A stretch of 64,000 nucleotides of DNA, taken from the NCBI GenBank assembly GCA_030141605.1, contig JAQGDQ010000409.1:62616-126615 (forward strand). Direction: 5' to 3'. Source of the stretch: Tubiluchus corallicola. Its lineage: Eukaryota; Animalia; Priapulida. This document shows, piece by piece, positions 52,101 to 64,000 of this stretch. A model generated the notes under the pieces. That model worked only from the letters and a program-made list of their open reading frames with translations, had not been told where the DNA came from and did not search any database. Position 1 is the first letter of the stretch. Every line of letters starts with the position of its first letter. The position numbers were made by a program, and so were the translations under genes.

Positions 52101-53102
52101 ATGTTGCTTCAATTAGTGTGAATTTCGATGCAGTCGAATGGGCGTGGCTAGTTGTTGGGCGCACTCTCTATCTTTGGAAATATCAACATGAAAAGAAGTT
52201 CGAAGAAGCGGTTCCACAGTGCAGGGAGCTGCTATTGCCATCTAGTGAGTTTTCTCACCATGCGCGGCTTGTCACGGCCATCCCAGGTCGCAGTGTCGTG
52301 TCTGTGTTAGCCGTTTCTCCTGAAGGAATGGTGCGGTACTGGGCTAATGCCGCACGCGAAGAGAACTATGTGGACTTTAGTGCTGACTTACACGGCGAAG
52401 AAGGCCATTCTTTGATTCAAGCTTTACCTGTTGGTTGTATTTTAAGCACCACTACCGGTAGTTTGCTCCTGCTGAGCCCATGTACAGCCCCTAGATTGGA
52501 ACCGATTTCTGTCCGCCCTCTACGTATGTCTCAAGGAATGTTATCCGGTTTAGGGCGACGTGTTTCGTCATTTATTTTTGGAGGCGGTGTGTCCGATTCG
52601 TCGGAAATCAATCTGATTCGTGTACTCGTTTGTGAGCAGTCAGAAGATGAGGACTACGGCGACAGTCGTGAAGTGGTCGTTCTAACAGACAGATGTTTGC
52701 AGAAGTGGTGTGTGAACAGGGCTAGTGAAAAAATACTTTACGAATGTGAAGTTGATAAGATGATCAAGGAGTGCTTGTGCGAGTTGGCGTACGGCACCGA
52801 GAGTTGCCATCCAGCTGACATACTGACATTTCTACTTGACATGCAGCCATGCGACCAAGGAGTCATCATTCTCGCTGCCGGATGTAACCTCGTACGATCG
52901 CCGGACGTCCGTTACGTTTTTGCTACCTTACCTACAGGTGAAACGGGAATTCCGTTGAGTTTTGACTCATTTGTTATTACTAAGCTTATCACCACGTATG
53001 ACCCAATTAACATGGATGTTGTGCCATACAAATTCCTCCTACCGGACACTTCAAACGACATCGCATATTTGTATGATGCTAATTCTGTAATGTGTGCTTC
53101 TA
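52101..53102 (+). CDS. NUP133: NUP133 beta-propeller exon (1002 bp) including the ALPS motif
   Basis: WAWLVVGRTLYLW, EGMVRYW, QGMLSGLGRRVSSFIFG (human QGMLSGIGRKVSSLFG); tttag/GTAAGT. Confidence 0.93.
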
Positions 53103-54369
53103 GTAAGTATGTTTAAATATGTAAAGTTTGTGTAACTTTTTGCTGATTTGTGAAACGCTGAAAATGTTTTCCCAATAGAGATTCGCGTGATTACTGATTA
53201 TACATTGTTTTCGTGCATTAAAAATACCGTTTTTGGCTGATGAAAGTTTGTCGCTTGGTTAAACAATCGTGATCCAGTCTTTGTAATACAACTTAGTCTA
53301 GCAAATATCCTTTCGTATCTTCATTTTTGTGAACTGTTAAGCACAGTTTTTCAATAGTAGGGAGTAGCTAATATTACAATAATGGGCACAGGACAGAAGT
53401 CTTGCTTGTTAGTCTTAAGACTAATCCACTATGAACAGACACATTATCGTATCATGGCAAAGAAACTGCCCGGAGCAGAAGGTACCCACCCATTTCCGAG
53501 GGTTCGGTTTGGTTTGCCGATAATTACACTTTCCGATAAGTTTCAGTTTTGACAAAATTCGTTAAGTTTCGTAGCGCAAATTTTGGATAATTTTTGGTAG
53601 CATTTTTCCGAGGTTTTACTAGTATTTATCCAATTTACTTTTTCTTCTCTTGTATGTGTCAAAAACCGCTGAAAATCTTGGCTAAAATAGTTCAAATAAA
53701 GCAAAAACTTCCTTTACATAACAGTTTGTGATATGCTTTTTACAGCAATGTGGCACATCTTTAGTGCTGACGACTGTAAAGTTTTAGGGTTTTCAGGCGC
53801 ATTCAACCGAAATATCAAACCACGTTTGAATTTATTTGAGCAAAATTGTTTTTAAAATTTTATAATTTATGAAATATAGGCAACCAAATATTTACGAAAT
53901 AAAATTTCTTTATTTTAATAAGGCATTATGATTTTTAAGCGTTAATCATTAAGGATATTTAAATCCAAAAACATGATAACACATTGATTTTTCTAATATC
54001 AGTCACTCCATCAAACTTGAGGTTCTATGCTATACAACAGCCTTTGTGTTTCTTTATCAGTAATTTTGCATCACAGCAAATAAAAGTAAACAAAAAGAAC
54101 AAAATATTTACTTATTTTAGAGTTTTTTTCAGTTTTAATACTAGTTGGTTTCTGTTCGGTTTCGTTTCGGTATCGGTTTGTTATGTTTGATAAATTTCAG
54201 TTTCAGTTTGTAAATTCAGTTTCGGTAACATCCCGCCCGTTTACCAACCAGCCTCTCTGTTGCTTATCTTAGATCACTAAGCACACACCAGAACCATTCA
54301 GCTATTTATACCATCACTCTAGTCCTAATACCTACAATGTTAAGTGGTTCTATTTTCTCAATTTTGCAG

Positions 54370-54548
54370 TAAGTAATAGCACGCTGGATGTAGAACAACA
54401 AAAACTAACCGAGGGTAATGACATCATCTTGGGAGCTGGCCACAGTCACGGACAGGCGATTGTGTTCACGAAGAAAAGTGGATTTTTGTCTGTAGCTGCA
54501 ACGCCTCGCGGTCACTTGCCTGCTGAAGATCAGTTTCGTGTAGCCGAG
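54370..54548 (+). CDS. NUP133: NUP133 exon (GNDIILGAGHSHGQAIVFTKKSGFLSV)
   Basis: ttgcag/GTTAGT, phase-compatible; human GDSVLGAG...IIFSRNSGLVSI. Confidence 0.87.
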
Positions 54549-55804
54549 GTTAGTAAATGCAGATGATACTAAAGCACAAGAAAACTCTCCGCTTACATAA
54601 AGCTTAAATAATTCGTCTATAGATTTTTTACCATTTACATACTACCTTTTTGTATGCATGGCTTGCGTTGACAGCAATGCTGTATAAAACGTGTGTAAAT
54701 TTAAACTCCCGCGACGACCGTTAGGCGTAGCCAGCCATTTTAATGGTAGGTCGTTTGAAACAAGTTTAGTAACACTGAGTAAAGTTTGAAAAAATAATCA
54801 GAGCATGAGTAGTGCACATGTTACTAACTGAGTAAAATTTTAAATTACTGTATCTAGTCAATAAGATTAAAAATACGTTTTTGATTAGTGAGTAGTGCAC
54901 CCTGGAGATAAGTCAACGACATTTTATGAATTGGTGAAAACATTTTAATTATTATTTCTAGTTACATAAGTCTTTCCAGCAGGTAAGTGGAATGCTAATT
55001 AATAAAGATTTGCACAGAAAGATTCTTGGGACATAATTTAACATTTCCTTTTCTTCCCCTGGTTTACATTTGCGTATTGCGTATATTCATCATGTAATGG
55101 CTCGGTCGGAACAGTATTGGGGGACATTTAAAATGAAAACAAACAAAAAATCCTTTCAACGCGAGTACGATATACGCGTAAAATTGTTATAAAGTAATGT
55201 AAGTTTTTAAGGCGATTTTTCCAAAACCTACTTCAGGCACCCCTTTTCTTGTCCTTTAACAACTTCTTTGTTTGATGATCGTAATATAATAGGCCATTAA
55301 GGTGGAAGCAAATTCTCTTTTAGCATCCACAAATACAAGTAAGTACAAATTGATGTCGGGGAGCTACGTAATTGGATAATCATGCATTATTGCCCAATAG
55401 TGTTCTATCACGAAATATGCAAGTAGGCACAAATGTTATAATAACCTTTTACATAGTAATTATTGTCCATTCTCTGTTAGTTGTAGTTTGACATTTCACC
55501 ATTAGCGACACGCCGTAACCATAGCAATAACAGTAATTTTGCGAAATTGTGAAGAGTATTTATCAGCCGTGCTAGTAATTATCATGTGTTTGTTATTATC
55601 ATGTATAATTTTTAAGGCGATTTTTCTGAAACCTACTTCAACCTTTCTTGTAATTTTAAGATTGAGTCTAGTTTTCCTTTAAGAATTCTCATGTTGTTTT
55701 TGTGCAATTGAACAAGAATTTTACGTAGATCATATACCTATTTAGCTTTCTCAGACAACGTCCGTATTGTTGATGTTATTATTTGGTCGTTTTGTTCATT
55801 TCAG

Positions 55805-55915
55805 TCGGAGTTGACGAGAATGATACACGATGATCAATTGCATGATATGACAATCAGCGAGGACAAGTCTCATCGTTTCAAGGCAGCGTTTTTGCACTTT
55901 TGCAGGAACAACTTG
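55805..55915 (+). CDS. NUP133: NUP133 exon (EDKSHRFKAAFLHFCRNNL)
   Basis: tttcag/GTAAAT; human EDKIKLLKAAFLQYCRKDL. Confidence 0.88.
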
Positions 55916-55989
55916 GTAAATCGCCAACATTAAATTTTGACAGCCGCTTTGTAGTTACGTAAACCGATCAATGTCTGTTATTAAGCTTA

Positions 55990-56369
55990 AATAAGCCTTT
56001 TCACAGTTCCAGTGATTGACGGTGATCTTGAAAAGGTCAAAGGTTAAATGTACCAGACAACGCATTTGTGTACACTTGACAGCGCCTCACAAACCATGCT
56101 ATTGTAATAGTAATTACGAAAAGGGACAAGTACTACTTATAGAACCTTATCTAGTTCATTTTTCTTGTTTCCAAGCAAGATCTGGCACAGACTAACTTAT
56201 ATTTAAAGTACACAAAAATGACTGAAGTTACTGAACTGATGCAGAAGACGACTTTGCTTTACTGACATGTCACGTGACGGTTGTAGCTAAGATGCAGTGC
56301 TGTGGTACAGTTAACCTTTGACCTACAGCAACTGCGCTTGCACTCAACGAAACTGTGAAAAGACTTATT
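55990..56369. mobile_element. MITE with AATAAG(C/T)CTTTTCACAG TIRs (PIF/ISL2EU-like); partial copies at about 5496-5730 and 49160-49342
   Basis: AATAAGCCTTTTCACAGTT / AACTGTGAAAAGACTTATT. Confidence 0.7.
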
Positions 56370-57470
56370 ACTATATGATAGTTTTTGGTTGTTACATCAG
56401 CATAGCACTTTTAGTTATAAAACTAATGGCTTCTATGTGCAGAAAATAATGTATGGTATAATAACAATGTTTTAGGAGGACCGATTGTACTATTAGGCAG
56501 GGGTGAGAATTTTCCGCGGATACGCGGAATTCCGAGTTTTTGGAAGACCAGTAGTGCCATTTTTGTAAATCGCGTAAATTCGTTGAGAAAATTTTTACGG
56601 ACATTATTTCACAAACTGACCGCTAGTTGGCAGGCCGTCACTTTACATCACGTACATCTGATTAACCACGTGTATATCTCTATGTATAAAAATATAGAAT
56701 CAATTGTGCGGAGCTATTTGAGTCAATTGCAGACAGTTTTTATATACTTTTGCATAGGAGTGGCCAGTACTTAGGCGTTTTTGAGACAATTAGGTATCAT
56801 GTATCCTTGATAGTTGGGTATTTTAAATTATGCATGAAACAAGGTAATTGATATTTTAAGTCCACTTAGAGGCTTTTTATGGTCAAAAATTGCAATTTGG
56901 TGCTTCGCCCCCTTGAACCCCAATACCCCCGGACTGTTTCAGAGTTTTTTGCAATTTGTCATTCTCATCCCTGATTAGGACTGTCACATATAGGTGTTTT
57001 AGTGGCAAATCACCAAAGGAAGACATACTGATCCTGTTCCGTGTTTTTTCTGCACTGTGTTTGTTTTATTTTTGCAAGAGCAATCCACACAAAGGCAGTT
57101 TTAACGAAGCTTTTGATAAATGTTTGCTAAATAGAAGGCCTAATTTTGTGGAATAATTAGTAAGTCACTCGACTTAAAATTTACCTATAATAAGTCCAAA
57201 CTAAAACGGGCAAAATTAATTTATGCCAGGTAAGATCTTTATTTAATCATGCAGTTTTTTTCAAAGGTATGTCGAATTTATTTTTGCTTAGAATAAAACA
57301 TGCTATTGTAATTAGAAATTTACACAAGTGTGCTATACTCCTGGGAATAACAACAATAACCATTATACTAATCTCTCCATTTGTTTTACTAACATACTAA
57401 CCATAAACTTTAAATATTTACAACATTTTGGTCATAAACTGTCATAATTATCTTCTTAACCATCGTCTTA

Positions 57471-58107
57471 CAGTACTTGGTTAACGACTCCTTGCTTAAC
57501 GACGCCAATCATTTGAAACCTCCTTTTTTCACTTAACCACGCACATTTCGCTTTAACGATGACTTTTTTACTTTGATCAAGGCAAATTTTTATTTGATTA
57601 ACAAAATTTTTGCCTAATTTGATGCATTGAAACAGCACCTATTGCATTATTCTGTTCTAAAAATGCACTAGTAATGTAAACAGTGTAATTATTATACATT
57701 GACTACTGATGCTGCTACTGTATTACTAGCCCTTTGTATCAACTATTAAGTGACCAGCGGACAATTTTTCCTGCAAACTGACCTATAGCAACCATAAGTA
57801 TGTAGGTAAAATTCCACTGACTAGGCGTAAACATTAATTAAAGAGAAAACGCTATAGCTAGGTATTGGTAAGTAAAATATATAGGTGGTTTCAGGCAAGC
57901 AGGAAGAAATTATACAGTAGAAATATGAATAAAACACCTAAAATGTTTAAGTTATATGATTTAACCAGCTCTGATTTTTGCTTTTGGAACATATCTCAAT
58001 TCTTTTACATTACTTTCTATAGAAATCTTGGCTTCGTTTAACAACGTTTCGCTTAACGTCACATTTTGTTGGAACGCATTCGCGTTATTAAGCGAGGACT
58101 TACTATA
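57471..58107. mobile_element. Tigger/pogo-like MITE
   Basis: TA-CAGTA...CCTTGCTTAACGAC / TATTAAGCGAGG..TACTA-TA with GCTTAACG subterminal repeats. Confidence 0.55.
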
Positions 58108-58991
58108 CTGCCCTCTGGGTGGTCCCCATAAGCTGCGGCTTCCTTGGTCTCCCTAAGACACATAATCTAATGCTGTTGTATGTGTTAATAAGTTGACAAA
58201 TGCACACATTATAATTATTGGTGATATATATTTTATGTATCATCTGCTGTTATAAAACTGTAGTTTATGTTAAAGGAAGACAGAATGATTTTTCACGTAC
58301 TACTCCATCAAGTCCGATAAAAAGTATACATTTTAACACAATTAATATTGCAAAAACGTTTATGGTAATTAAATAATAAATTATAAACTTAATTAACGGC
58401 GGGCGAGCCCAACTATTGATGACATCACAAACTAGCATAATTTTCAACAGCAAAAATATTCCACGAGCGTGTTGCACGTGTTTGCGAAAGCGAAAATTGA
58501 AGTTCAGTGCTACTTTAACGTATTCAGTGTGTTGTACTAAAACTCGGCAAGTTTCAAGATAAAAATTCAAATTTCAAGTTCTCTGCTGTGCTCACGCATG
58601 AGCTGTCAAATGTGTGCAGTTCATCACAAACTAACATATCTGAACCGAGCTGTACAGCACCTGTTTTTTGTGTAATGGGTTTCCGAAATGCAGGCGCTAA
58701 TGCCCGACTAACTAGCGAACGCATGTAGCAGCGAAAAACTAACGGCACAAATGTGAAATTGTGTTTGTGCGATAATAATTCTTTCACGTAAGTCATTTTT
58801 GAAAAATGGTGTCTTTTCTTTCAGCATTTTAAAGAGTAGATTGTTTTGACCTGCAGTTTGAGATTGGGTCCGGTTTTTCTTTAGCTCAAATAGATTGAAT
58901 TTGAATTTGAACTGGGGGACCCTTACACAAAATTGAATGCCAACTAAAGTTTGCCTTTATTTTGAAATCATGTCTGGCTTCTCTGATGCAG

Positions 58992-59555
58992 GTGCAGGCT
59001 CGGAAGGTAGTTGATGAATTAGTATCCCAAACATCTAAACTGGACAAGCTGATTTGTACATGTAGCAAAGAGCTCATTGATGACTACCCGGCTTCGGATC
59101 CGAGGTGGGCGGAGTCGGTTCCGCAAGACATGGGTTCCACGTCCACCTCTCTCATCATCCTCCATCAACTGGAGGATAAACAGAAAGCACACGACTACCT
59201 CATAACTTTCTTCAAGCGCGTGGAGCTGTGGTCGCAGCTGAAGACGATCGGTACGGATTCTACGCACTTCACGCTCCGCGAGCACGCGGAGAAACTGGTC
59301 GCCGCCATTGCACTGCGGCGGTTGCATGCGGTGCACGCTACGGTGGTCGACAACGCCATTAGACTCGTAATGGAAAAGCGGAAGGTCACGTCCGTAGGTA
59401 GCTCATTGACATTACAAGATGTGTTTTACCGGGAAGTTTCCCGAATGGATGATATATTCGCCGCCTTAGTCGAGGGAGAGGAAAGATTATTGGAGACAGA
59501 CCTATCCACTATTGATGCTATTATGCTGATACCTGTTGTTAACTCATTATTTGAG
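58992..59555 (+). CDS. NUP133: NUP133 exon (LIDDYPASDPRWAESVP...QLEDKQKAH...LREHAEKL...DVFYREVS)
   Basis: Diagnostic DDYPASDPRWAES; tgcag/GTATAA. Confidence 0.94.
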
Positions 59556-60629
59556 GTATAACGATTATTGTTAGTTTGTTAAATTAATGGTGGAACAACC
59601 CTGCAATTAAATAAATGTTGATATTGAACTCGAAGATCGTAACACAGCCTGGATTTGAACCGGGGACCTTGGGCTTACAAAGCTGATGCAACACCCACTA
59701 GAACATTGTCTTTTCTGTGATTTTGACAGTCTATAGTTCATACCTTATAGCTGGTCAACCGTTTCAGCATTTTCAGTGTTAGACCACTCACACTAGAGTG
59801 ATTCGAATTAATTAGAGAGCTTCTTCTTTTGATTAATTTTGTGCTTTAAATTTCCGTTGATCAGTAATCAATTACTTTTAATTGGTTTGTTTCATCATTA
59901 ACGAATCTTTTGACATGACGATTTTAAAAATATATCGCTAAATTAAACTAATTGTATATTCTTGCATCTAATTAATTGCATCTATAAGCTTCTGCATTTC
60001 TGTCATATTTGTGGAAGTCGTGATTTAGCTTTCGAAATAAAGTTTGCTCATGTAAGTTGATGCGCGTAATATATTAACTTAATTTTTTCTACACACATAT
60101 TTCGGTTTGCCGGACCTCACTTTTACTGATATCGGAAAATTCCTACAAAATCTGGTCCATTAAAAGTCCTGCATAATACGGACACAGTCCATTGTTTAGC
60201 GAGCGGACTGCTAGTTGGCAAGCCGTCACTTTGTTTACATCACGTACATCAGTGTAACCACGTGTATATCTCTATGAACAAAAATAGAGAATTGATTTTG
60301 CGGAGCTATTTGAGTCAATTGGCAACAATTTTTATATACTTTACATAGGAGCGGCCCTCACTACATGTTTCTGAGACAATTAGACGATTTATTCTGCATT
60401 GCTGTTAGTCTAATACGCAGCGCCTACTGTATTAGTTTAGTATCGGAAAGTATGGACATTCAGCAAGTTTGGACCAACGTCTCCCCGCTTTTGTCCGACA
60501 AACGAGATATGAACTGTATATTTAGCAGTACTTGTAAATACAAGCTTAATAGTTTGTAAGTCAGTTTGTCTTTGTTTGTTGACAACATGTCCATTTTGGC
60601 AGTTTTCGAACTTTACAATTTTTTCGTAG

Positions 60630-60764
60630 GGAATTTTAACGGAGGTGCTCAACCAGCGAAGAAACAGAGAGAAGGAATTTAGCGTACCGGTTACTCGATC
60701 GCACGGTCTGCCGTGGACGGCAAGCGTGTCTAAAGCTGGAGTTCGTACATTGCTTCATACACAG
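60630..60764 (+). CDS. NUP133: NUP133 exon (LPWTASVSKAGVRTLLHTQ)
   Basis: tcgtag/GTATTT; human VPWTATSGPGGIRTVIIRQ. Confidence 0.87.
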
Positions 60765-60947
60765 GTATTTTTTTCTAGCTAGTTTTGTTTATTTAAATCT
60801 TCACAGTGCACGTGAGATTGCAATACGTAATCTAAACAACTTGGAAAGATTCTTAATAATCAAGAATTAGATGTACCTATCACATTTTTATTGAGATTAT
60901 TAAAAAGTTTTTTCAAATAAACAAGTGGTATTTTGGAATCTATACAG

Positions 60948-61430
60948 ATGTAGCAGGCCAAAGTAACCCCTGCCCATATTAATCCCGGGTATAGTTTCAC
61001 TCAGGCCAGAATGTTCTACAGGGGGGGGGTATAAACTGTCCTAGACCAAACTACCCCTGGGGTAAAGAGGTTTTAATTATATTTACACAGTGTAATTGAT
61101 CTATGTAGAGTTTTAATATTTTTACTGATTGTGGTTTTCCTGGTTGAAATAATAAAAGTCTATGCATTCAGAGTTGAGGTCTTATTTCAAGATTAAAGTC
61201 AGTTAGCTTTCTCACTTAACTTACTTGACAAAGCTGGAACCTCAATAAAATGCTGAAAAGTTAAGTAATTGTGAATATCACTCAACACTGCTGATGTCAT
61301 ATGGGATATAATCTGGCCTTGGGGTATGAATTGGCCTGGGCCATAATTTATCCGTGATATAATCTAGTCTACGCCATTTTAACACCAGGGGTATAGTTTG
61401 GAGTGGGGGTATACTATGGCCTGTTACACC
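60948..61430. mobile_element. Unclassified TIR element
   Basis: GATGTAGCAGGCCAAAGTAACCCC / GGGGTATACTATGGCCTGTTACACC with GGGTATA subterminal repeats. Confidence 0.6.
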
Positions 61431-61642
61431 GACGTGTTTGATTTGTTGTCACAGTGTATGCCCAGTATTTGCCTTAGATCAAATTTGATTACGAAAAGTT
61501 GAGCATTTGAACGTCTGGCTAGTTCTTGGGTGGGTGATTGCAAGTAAACTGTTTACATGTACAGTAAACTAGTAAAAATAAAGTAATCATTGCTTTGAGC
61601 TCTCTTGATAGATTGGCGTCTATCCATAATGCTAAACATACC

Positions 61643-61919
61643 AGGCAGTTTAATTTAGTAATAAAGCGCCTGCTTTCCATCTGAGAGGTTGTGAGTTCGA
61701 TACAGTGGCCGGGTTCATACCAAAGACTTTAAAATGTTACCTGCTGTTGCCCTGCCTGGTGTGTGTGGTATTTAGGGTAAAAGTGGAGTAATAATAGTTT
61801 CTGTTATGTAGTTGTAGTTTCTTATTTACAATCGGCGATAATGTAGCTCTTTGGAGCTCATGTTAATTGTTCATCCAAAAAGCCGACTTTAGATGAAGAT
61901 TATTATTATTATTATTATT
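61643..61919 (+). mobile_element. tRNA-derived SINE with V-domain-like core and (ATT)n tail
   Basis: B box GAGTTCGAT, then CATACCAAAGACTTTAAAATG..TGCTG..CCCTGCCTGG and an ATT-repeat tail. Confidence 0.65.
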
Positions 61920-61957
61920 CGTTTTGTTTACAAGTAACATTCTATGTTATTTTCTAG

Positions 61958-62159
61958 CTGAAGATTACATTTACATGTGGGCTTTCTGAGGCTACGGACT
62001 CTCACAGTCGTGGCGTTCTTATTCGTCAGCTTTACTCTCTCACCGACATTCTGCTAAATGGCTACGCTGAGCAGGTAGCTACTGACATGCCCGACGACCA
62101 GTGTCGCCATCTGTGGGAACGATACGAAACGACACGTTACGAACTTCTGTCTCCATTTT
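61958..62159 (+). CDS. NUP133: NUP133 exon (QLYSLTDILLNGYAEQV...RYELLSPF)
   Basis: ttctag/GTAAGC; open and phase-compatible; L.D..L.GY..Q pattern. Confidence 0.87.
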
Positions 62160-63413
62160 GTAAGCGTTTTGATTATTGTAGTCGAACGGGCGAGCATTTG
62201 TAATTTAGTTGTTGTTGCAAGTGCAGTTTTAGTTTTTTACGTGTTTTTTTTAAATTTGTGTCAGGCTGCAAAACATAATTTTAGCTAAAAAGTAAGAGTC
62301 CCAGTCTGTTTTAGTTGAAAGCTGTTTTTTTTTATATTTTTCTCTGTCTCTGTAATCTTTATCTGTTTATTCAATTTTTCACTATTATGCAAAATTATTT
62401 CTGGTTAAAATCCACCACAATTTATTAAACAGCTCAATTTTTTGTAAAAACTTATTTTGCTTTTAACAAACATTGACAATGCGCTATTTTTCTTCAAGAA
62501 ACGAATAACGTTAAAAATTGAAAATAGCTGGAAATGATTGCGACTTAAAATGATTTTACTAATTACACGAAGCGCTTATCATAGTTTTATTACTAAATTC
62601 TTCTAACGTTTTTCGGGAACATTGAAATAAACCTAACTTTGCAGAAGGCTTGACTTTTCCTTTAAAACGTGGTTCAATTCTGTGGTGTACATCAAGTTTT
62701 CTTGTTTTCACAATGCATTTACATAAGGGAGTTATAAAGTGAAGTTTGGATTTAATAAACTTTGGATTTTATTAGCTTAATATATTATACAGTTCCGTTC
62801 CAGCAATAGTGGCCAAATAAGTGGCTGGATTTATTATCCTTGGATTTATTAAGTGGATTCTGCTGTAATAAGCAATGGCCGTTCATAGCTAAAATTAGTG
62901 GGGATGCTGCTTCAGAAAATTTTTAGACATTGTTTTAATCTTGTGTAAAATGAAACAAACGTAATTTTAATGGTGTAATTTGTAATTGTAATTTTAAACA
63001 AACAAATGTACGAAAATTTTGACATAAACTTGATAAAATCCTAAACAAAAATTTTTTGCTTACTAATAGCCTAAATTGTCGCAGTTCAAGCTTGATCCAT
63101 TTACAGTAAGCACGTGACAACTTTCAACAAACAGTACTTTCTTTACCTAGCTCGATATGTGTGTATGGCCGCATGCACACAACAGCCAAACATCGCGTTG
63201 CTGGAGCGCAGTGTGCTGGGCTGTGAAACAAACAGTACTCCTCTCATGTATAAGGGTACTGAACAAGTATAAAGAAAGAACTAAGTAAAAAAGACTTGGA
63301 TATTATCAATAATATTGAGTGAAAATAGGGGGTGCTGTCGTTCCTCAGTACTTATAGACAAGCTGCCACTGGTCATGACTTTACATAAAAACTGTAATGT
63401 TATGTGCAAAATG

Positions 63414-63668
63414 TTTATGCACTAACATGTTCTTCATATTCTTTATGCACTAACATGTCCTTCATATTCTTTATGCACTAACATGTCCTTCATATTCTTT
63501 ATGCACTAACATGTCCTTCATATTCTTTATGCACTAACATGTCCTTCATATTCTTTATGCACTAACATGTTCTTCATATTCTTTAAGCACTAACATGTTC
63601 TTCATATTCTTTATGCACTAACATGTTCTTCATATTCTTTATGCACTAAAATGTCCTTCATATTCTTT
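63414..63668. repeat. 28-bp minisatellite TATGCACTAACATGTYCTTCATATTCTT, about 9 copies
   Basis: Directly visible just upstream of an acceptor. Confidence 0.92.
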
Positions 63669-63718
63669 GTTTCTTCTAATGCAGAAATTTGACCACCGGT
63701 TTTTTGCAATGTTTGCAG

Positions 63719-63852
63719 TGAAACACAAGTTGTTCGAAGAGGCAACAGTGTTGGCTGAAAAATACCAGGATTTTAGGATTTTGCTTGAAATTTGCGACAC
63801 CACAGATAACCAGGAACAGTTGGAAAAATACACCACAAAGTTTGCTCAGCAG
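63719..63852 (+). CDS. NUP133: NUP133 exon (LAEKYQDFRILLEICDTTDNQEQLEKYTTKFAQQ); gene continues beyond the window
   Basis: ttgcag/GTGAAG; human [21 protein letters not shown]. Confidence 0.92.
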
Positions 63853-64000
63853 GTGAAGTGTTTGTTTTTCCTGAATTTTAGGGAATTATTGTAATCACCG
63901 TTTTTATATCTATCCTGAAAGTGGGCCAAAAACTAATTCATCATAAGTTGGTGGAATTGTGCACGCAATCAATATAGAGTTTGAATTGACTACATTATTT

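Overview
AT-rich eukaryotic (metazoan, probably invertebrate) nuclear DNA with short GT-AG exons in transposon-dense introns. Four host genes are supported: the last five coding exons of PIH1D1 (+), a mitochondrial glutamate dehydrogenase with an intronless CDS (-), a three-exon FAM89A-like gene (-), and eight coding exons of NUP133 (+, running off the window end). The rest is tandem repeats (30/32, 21, 75, 192, 64, 17 and 28 bp units), LINEs (near-full RTE, PHD-EN-RT Crack/L2-like, CR1 and RNaseH-type fragments), Penelope-type hammerhead remnants, Helitrons, 5S- and tRNA-derived SINEs and many MITEs. Most notable: (1) the GDH lacks two arginines of the ADP-activation site (human R90 and R463 equivalents) but keeps the antenna and GTP site; (2) a 64-bp satellite arose from CR1 reverse-transcriptase coding sequence; (3) a 10.1-kb nested TE stack in FAM89 intron 1 carries a decayed repeat-protein gene; (4) an outward-facing Helitron pair forms a fold-back. 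All homology calls come from remembered sequences compared by eye, not from database searches. No CRISPR or prokaryotic system is present.
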